This document shows positions 57,577 to 64,000 of a stretch of DNA of 64,000 nucleotides, piece by piece. The stretch is from the human T2T-CHM13v2.0 reference genome, Homo sapiens. Made by a program: the position numbers and the translations under genes. The number at the start of each line of letters is the position of its first letter. Within the stretch, counting starts at the first letter, position 1. The stretch lies in assembly GCF_009914755.1 (NCBI RefSeq), contig NC_060939.1; one strand, 5' to 3'. Under the pieces are notes generated by a model. The model did not search any database. It was not told where the DNA came from and was given only the letters and a program-made list of their open reading frames with translations.

Positions 57577-58649
57577 CCAGTGGGCATGACCCATGTGAGA
57601 GGTAGAGTGGGTTTTAGAAGAGAAGGAATAATCCATGGTGCACAGGTCCTGAGAAGGAAGAGTTGAAGCACAGGAAGTTTGAGAAGAAATTTAAAACAGT
57701 TGTCATGTTGTGTGAGAAAATGAGTCAATCAGAGAATTAGAAGATTGCCAAGCATATTTGGGGCCCATAACAGGATGGTGATTATGAACAAAACAATGCC
57801 GTGACTTTTAAGCACATTCGAGAACTGAAAAAAATGTAGCATCTAAAACAGATTTTTAAGGTTGCGTGTATATCCAACTTACTAAGCAAGTTTATTTCTA
57901 ATAAAAGATAAGCTATACTTTATAGTATCTCTTCCCCATTAATTTTGAGAAAAACGCAAATGATTGTGAAGGATATTAGAAAAATATAGTTTAAAACTCA
58001 CAAAACTATGAAAGTCAGTTTATGTATATGTATATGTGTGTATAAAAAATATGCATATGCACACATACACATGTATATTTCATTTTAATTAAAAAACCCA
58101 GGTTATTTAAAATATCATTATTCAAGTACTTCAAGACCAAAACAGTTGACATCAGTAACTGTTTAACTGAACTAAACTGAATTTATTTACAAATTGTCAC
58201 TCTCTTGACAAGATTTGAGCAGTAGAAAGGGGTAAGAGAAACAACGGCATAAAAATATCAAATCCAAAAGTATTATTAGCTAGCTGAAACTCAATTATGA
58301 TATAAAGAAAAATTCCTTTTGAATACCAAATTTTGTGAAACAATGGGATACTTATGAAAGTGTAATTTATATTTATTTTCTTTTCAGATCTCTAGGTGAA
58401 GGATGCCTTTATTTCACACATCTTCATCTGGGATCTATAATGCTCAAAAGAGATTATGCCTCCAGTTTATTTATTTGCATTATTTCTTTTCTATTATATA
58501 CCAAGTGGTAACACTCTTGGTCTGGTTTTCCTGAGATGCATATTTGAACCAGGACTTGACTTAGCTCAGCAAGCAACTAACTTCCTGGGATATTGTTGCT
58601 GAAGTTTTGTACTATGTGGTTGTGTGTATGTTCTAGACATACATGTATG

Positions 58650-59030
58650 AAGGAGTTAAAGTTCTTCTTGGCAAATTGGTGGTTGGGGGAGGATAAGGGT
58701 TACAACTATATCTACTGACTTTTAGAGGTATGCCAGATGTACTGTTCAGTGGAAAAAAATATGCATGGTATGATGCTATTTCCACACCAAAAAGAGAGGA
58801 ACTCCCTATAAATGTGTATCCATGCATATGTACATCTGTATTAGCAAAGAGAAAGACGTGGAAGGATAAATCTGCTATTACTTGTTCCACGACGATGGGC
58901 AAATGGAGAGGATGACAGAAGAACCACAGGAATGGTTAGAGACTCTTCTTATGCAAAAGACTATATATAGAAGTTCATGTGTACTATGTAAAACTGTTCA
59001 TAATTTTGTTTTCATTATCACTTACTTCTC
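58650..59030 (+). mobile_element. Old L1ME-like 3' fragment
   Basis: ccagatgtactgttcagtggaaaaaaa...aagacgtggaaggataaa. Confidence 0.5.
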
Positions 59031-60014
59031 TTCTGAAGAGTTGGAAGATATATGTTCCTCCTACCTAATCTGCCAAGGATGGTCATTTTATCGCTGATTA
59101 CCTGATAGGGTTTGTCTCAAAATAGTGTCTTTTTGTGTCACAAGGGAAGTACACTGTGAAAGGGACTTATTGCACGTAAGCATGTATGTCAAATTCAGCA
59201 CATGCTCTACCCATGAAGAACACTTCAGTTAATTGACTGGCTAGCAAAATTACATGCAGAGTACTTGAAATTACGTAGGATTCCAAAGAAAACCCTTCCA
59301 AGTAGCTTACATCACATTTTACCAGTTGTGGTTACCATTTGTACAGATCCCTTAGAAAGCTATAAAATGTGACCCAAATGTAATTTAAAGCCAGAAGTGT
59401 TGAACTGAAGAAGAATGGTATATCTCCCCCAATACACAAATCAAGTAGAATCCTGCAAATAGTGCCCTTCTGGGCATGAGACTGAGTCATATGAAATTTG
59501 GCTAAACTCACAACCTTGAAAGTGAATTAGAGAAGAGAAAAAATTAAAAGTTGGTTTTCAAACTATAAGCCACTAAGAGGTAAAAATCAAGAACTTCTAT
59601 ATTTGATCAACGGAGTAGACCAAAATTGCCCACTTCACCTTTTCACATGACAATCATATGGAGTGTAATCACACACCCAGGTTGGACCAAGGGTGGATAT
59701 TAGAAACATTTTACATTCACAACTAAAGTCATTTTGAAAACAATGAAAAGAGGCCAAAGTTAAGTCTAACAAATGCTTAAGAGTTTTCTAACACAGCCCA
59801 GACATCTACCTATTCCTGCCCTGGCTTCAGCAAGAATTATCTTCATACAAGATCATAAACTAGGAAACTAGTTTTCATTTATGGGTCAAAGAGCAGTACA
59901 GGGGATCCTTCTGCATAAGGCCACAGCAGCAATTTGGAACAATAATAAAATAAGGAATCCTTTCTTATTACCTATGTCTATATAAATATTACATGCGTAT
60001 ACATTTATATTATG

Positions 60015-60235
60015 ATAATAGCTATAATTTATTGACTGCCTACTATGTGTCAGGCACTTTGCCAGGTGCTTTAAATACTTTATGATACTTACTCCTCAAA
60101 CAACTCTGCGAGGTAGGCATTGCCTTTCCTGTTTTACAGAGCGGGGAACAGATTCAGATCTGCAATTTGCTCCAAGTCACCCAGCTGTTCAAACCAAAGG
60201 CTATCAGATTATAAAAGTCCACGCTCTCTTGGCTA
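60015..60235 (-). mobile_element. MIR
   Basis: tttattgactgcctactatgtgtcaggcactttgccaggtgcttta. Confidence 0.85.
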
Positions 60236-60753
60236 TACCCCAAGGAGTTTGTGCATGTTGATCACTGAGCTTGGAACAAATTTAGGCTCCAGTCTATGGC
60301 TACAAAACAAACAGGAGAGGCAAAGCGGGTCTTCCATGAGGCAAGAGCTGCCTCAGGCAATCAGGGGAGAGTGCTGCTGAGTTTTCCTTTAGTCCAAATG
60401 TTCCCTCTGTTCTCAGATTGTTCAGAGAGGACTAATTCTCCCCAACAATGCTTCCAGTTCAGTCCTCACTTGCAAGCAAAACTCAAGAGCCCCAAATTTA
60501 TAGCTTTATTCTGAAAAAAAACAAAAACAAAACAAAAAAAAAACCAGTTTTGCTCTCAGTGGGACCCTTCAAATTTGTTAAGACCTCCTGCCATTTTCTT
60601 TCTCCACATCCATCACCAACCAAGTGAGAGACAGAGGGTGATTCATTCTTTATCTCCAAATTGACCTAGATAGTAGCTCCATATAAATAAGACACTCAAG
60701 CCTACAGATTTTATTAACTTAATAGTGGTTCTTATTCAAGTATTATTTACTTG

Positions 60754-61213
60754 CTATGGTGTCCAATTTGGTCGCCACCAACCCACATGGCTTTTGCACA
60801 TATGAAATGTGGCCAGTCTGAATTGAGATGTGCTGTAAGTGCATACATACACCAGATTTTCCAGATTTAGTATGAAAACAGGGATGTAAAATATCTTATC
60901 AACAAGACAGGCATGGTGGTGCATGCCTATAGTCCCGACTACTTGGGAGATTGAGGTGGGAAGATTCCTTGAGCCCAGAACTTTGAGACCAGCTGGGCAA
61001 CATAGTGAGACCATGTCTCAAAAAAAAAATCTTATTAACTATTATTTTATATTGGTTACATGTTGAAACCAAAATATTTTGGATATGTTACATTAAATAA
61101 GCTGCATTATCAAACTTAATTTCACCTATTTATTTTTATTCATTTTAAGGTAGTTACTAGGAAATTTAAAATTACATATGCCACTTCCATTATAGTTCAA
61201 TTGGACAGTCCTG
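60754..61213. mobile_element. MER33-like (hAT-Charlie) split by an Alu monomer
   Basis: gtccaat...aaatgtggccagtctgaattgagatgtgctgtaagt...attggacagtcctg. Confidence 0.85.
60905..61028 (+). mobile_element. FLAM-type free left Alu monomer
   Basis: ~120-bp monomer with A tail; TSD atcttatcaac/atcttattaac. Confidence 0.88.
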
Positions 61214-64000
61214 GTCTAGAATGAAGGCTTGCCAAAGCTATTTAAAGACTGTTAAAGTTCTGTATCATACACAGGCTCTTTTTGTTTCAGTTTAATCCTA
61301 GAAGGAAGAAATGTGTTGAAATTGCAGCTATATAAAATCCTTGATGGACTGAAACTAAGGGGGAAAAAGAGGAAGCAGGTGGGTTTGAAAGAAGGAAAAA
61401 AGGAGTATCTAGCATTTTCTTTTAAAAATGTCATTCTTGATTTATTTGGTGGCACAAAGTGATTTTCTTACGTTTCTCAGACTGCTTGAGTCAGTCTATA
61501 TAGAGGCTATTCCTGGATCTTAGTTGAAAGCTGTTGCCTTTCTAATTGTTTAACTGATCACTTCTGAACGACAATTACAGTTCATTGTTATTCCCTGTTA
61601 AAAAACCATTGACATCCATCCAAAAGTTATAGCTTACAGGTCAGGGAATATTTATGTGATATTTATAGTCTGTGAAGAAAACCCTGGGGAACTGCCAGTA
61701 GGGAGGATTATTTACCAATTTCTTTTTCTTCAAGTTTGAATTTATTTGAGATTTATATCCAAAAGACATTTTGTAATCCTGTGTAACTCTGATCTGTGAC
61801 TATAATTGTGCATGTTGGTCAAGTTCAAGGAAAAAAAAAATCTTTTTTCTTTTTAATAGTGGGGGCTGGGAACCCTGGTTGATTCCACTAAAAACATCAC
61901 AGACCAAAAAAAAAAAAAAAAAAAAATCCACTCAAGGAAGTAGTGTTACATACTTGAAGAATTTTCTGAAGTTAGCCAAGAAAAATAAGCTACGATCAAG
62001 GAGGAAAAGCTGGAGTTTCAGTTTTCTGGAGATTGTACTTCCTGGTAACATAAAAACAAAAGTTAAATTCAGAAAAATTCAACTATGAAGTTAGCATCAC
62101 ATAAAAAACAATGGAAAATATTTAACTATGCGCATATGTTTGTACACAAACAGAAATAGATATAAACAGACCTTAATTAGCATTGTAGACTTTAATTATC
62201 TTTGTACAGTAATTGGGAATGGTTTTGTTCTGATTTATTCCATAATGCTTACTGTGTTCTGTTAACAACTCATTTTTTTCCCCTTCCAGCCCATAATAGA
62301 AGGCTTTTACTGCATACTTTATTACATCTGCTTCTCATTTAATGACCATTGTTCTGGTCTGTCAGAGCGAGTGGCTATACAACTTCCCAAATCTGCAAGA
62401 TTAAGCAAATATTTTGACAATGTCTAGTTTCTTTTTTCCTTTTTTTCAAAACATACCAGATAAAAATAAAAAGATTTTTACTTACCCACACAACGTTAGG
62501 AGAGTTTTTAATCTAACGACAATAAAGAACTAAGCGGCAGCAAAATGTACTTCATGTGGCAAAATACATCAAGCAATTTTCTGTCCCATTTCACTTAAAA
62601 AGTCCTAAGAATCTGGCCTGAATCACACAGCTGGGGTTAATGGGAGCACTCCTGGACTGCAGGGAGGTTGTGGGCCCCTGGGCAAACCACGTGGAGACCT
62701 TCAAGCTTCTAGAATGAGACAGAGGCCTTCTGCTCATTTTGGAGGGCCCCGGCAGGTAAGCTGAATGATAGGTGTCTGAATCACTCACTATGAAATGTCA
62801 TTTTTAAAAATGGTCATGCTACATACAAAATTGCAATACCACTGATGGCATAAGGACCAGGGTCATAACTCTCCCCAAAGAAGGTGGATACAAATACACA
62901 AACAGAAGCATTTCTAAGCAACTGGGCAGAGAGATACAGAGAAAAGAGGATACAGCGAAAAATCTATTAACCCATAGGCATTCATTAATTCTACAAATGA
63001 TCTAATGGTGGGAAGCAGAAAATACACAAATAAACCAACAAAAGCATGACATGGACATAAATGCTAAGAGGGAATGGTATGTGGAAGATGCTGCAGTCAG
63101 TGGAATGAGGGAAAGGGGTTAAGAACAGATGAGCTTTCAAGAGACAGTCTATGCCTTTCAGAGTAGTTTAGGAAAAAAGTTACCGAAAGATAACTAGGAA
63201 CAGAAAACAAGGTGACAGAAAGGACCGCATTAACCCCAGAAGCATAAGCCTCTTAAAACTTTCTGGTGGGGAGCCTCTCCTTGGAGGCAGCAACCAGGGA
63301 AAATTCCCGCAAGGAGGTCCTACGGGAGCAGCCAGAATTCTACTAGAAAGACAGGAAAGACATGACAGGGATGGGTCTGTAGGAGAGCATCGGCAAAGAT
63401 AGCAAGAGGATGCAATCCTCTTTAGAGGAAGTAGAGGTTTGCCTTGTTGCTATTAGATTGCTTCACATCTCCATTGGTTTGCGTTTACTATAGGGAGGAA
63501 AGCACAAAGCAGGATATGTATGTGCTTCAGGAAGCTTAAGTGCAAGGCAATGGGGTTCATTTGTGAGCTACTGGCAAACCATTTGTATTTGGGGTGGGCG
63601 TCCCGTGCAGCACGCCTCTGGAACAGTCCCTTCACTGTTAACACCACTGACTGGGCCCTTAATTGGAGCAGGTCTGCGCGTTTTAATAAACATCTTTGAT
63701 GAGTTCTCTGGACTGTTCCATTAAACACTCATTCTACCAAAAATGCCTGGTAATTCTCTCTAAAAATGTTTTCATGTTACCGCTTCCAGGTCTTTCTAAA
63801 GTTAGGCAGTACAAAGAAACAAAAATCCAAAAGACTTGACTTTAATTTAGAAGTCTCAAAGAGAGTGTTCACCCTAGAGCAGAGATTTCTAAAGTTGTAG
63901 TATTGGACTCGCTTGCCTCCACCCCCACCCCTGCCCTTCTCCCAAAACAAGAAAACAAAGCAGCATCAAAGCTTGAGGTACAGAACAGAATAAAACATGT

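Larger units (their letters stand above)
55525..57800 (-). mobile_element. L2 (L2a-like) in three pieces, interrupted by two L1 fragments
   Basis: attcattcattcaacaagtatctaatgagctcctactatgtgc tail; L2 resumes at ~56325-57130 and ~57590-57800. Confidence 0.8.

Noticed and set aside
58365-58520. Plus-strand acceptor-like ttttcttttcAG
   Set aside because: AT-rich context and no good downstream donor.

Overview
This is repeat-rich, non-coding primate (human-like) genomic DNA, either intronic or intergenic. I cannot name the locus from the sequence alone. No protein-coding gene, RNA gene, CpG island or multi-gene system is supported: the ORFs in the track are short and either come from Alu, L1, LTR or simple repeats or match no protein I recognise. 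The window holds about 17 Alu/FLAM elements, a near-full-length internally deleted L1MB, a MER4-type solo LTR, THE1 and MLT1 LTRs, several hAT DNA-transposon fossils (one keeping a transposase C-terminus), and many MIR, L2 and L3 fragments. The most notable structures are local rearrangements. These are a ~250-bp templated copy flanked by an exact 24-bp direct repeat, a nested AT-rich palindrome array, a 187/181-bp tandem duplication, a retrotransposon target site used twice, and small orphan insertions with target-site-like duplications. Candidate poly(A)/terminal-exon, micro-exon and enhancer signals are listed with low confidence. Repeat subfamily names come from my recall of consensus sequences, not from a database search, and boundaries of old repeats are approximate.
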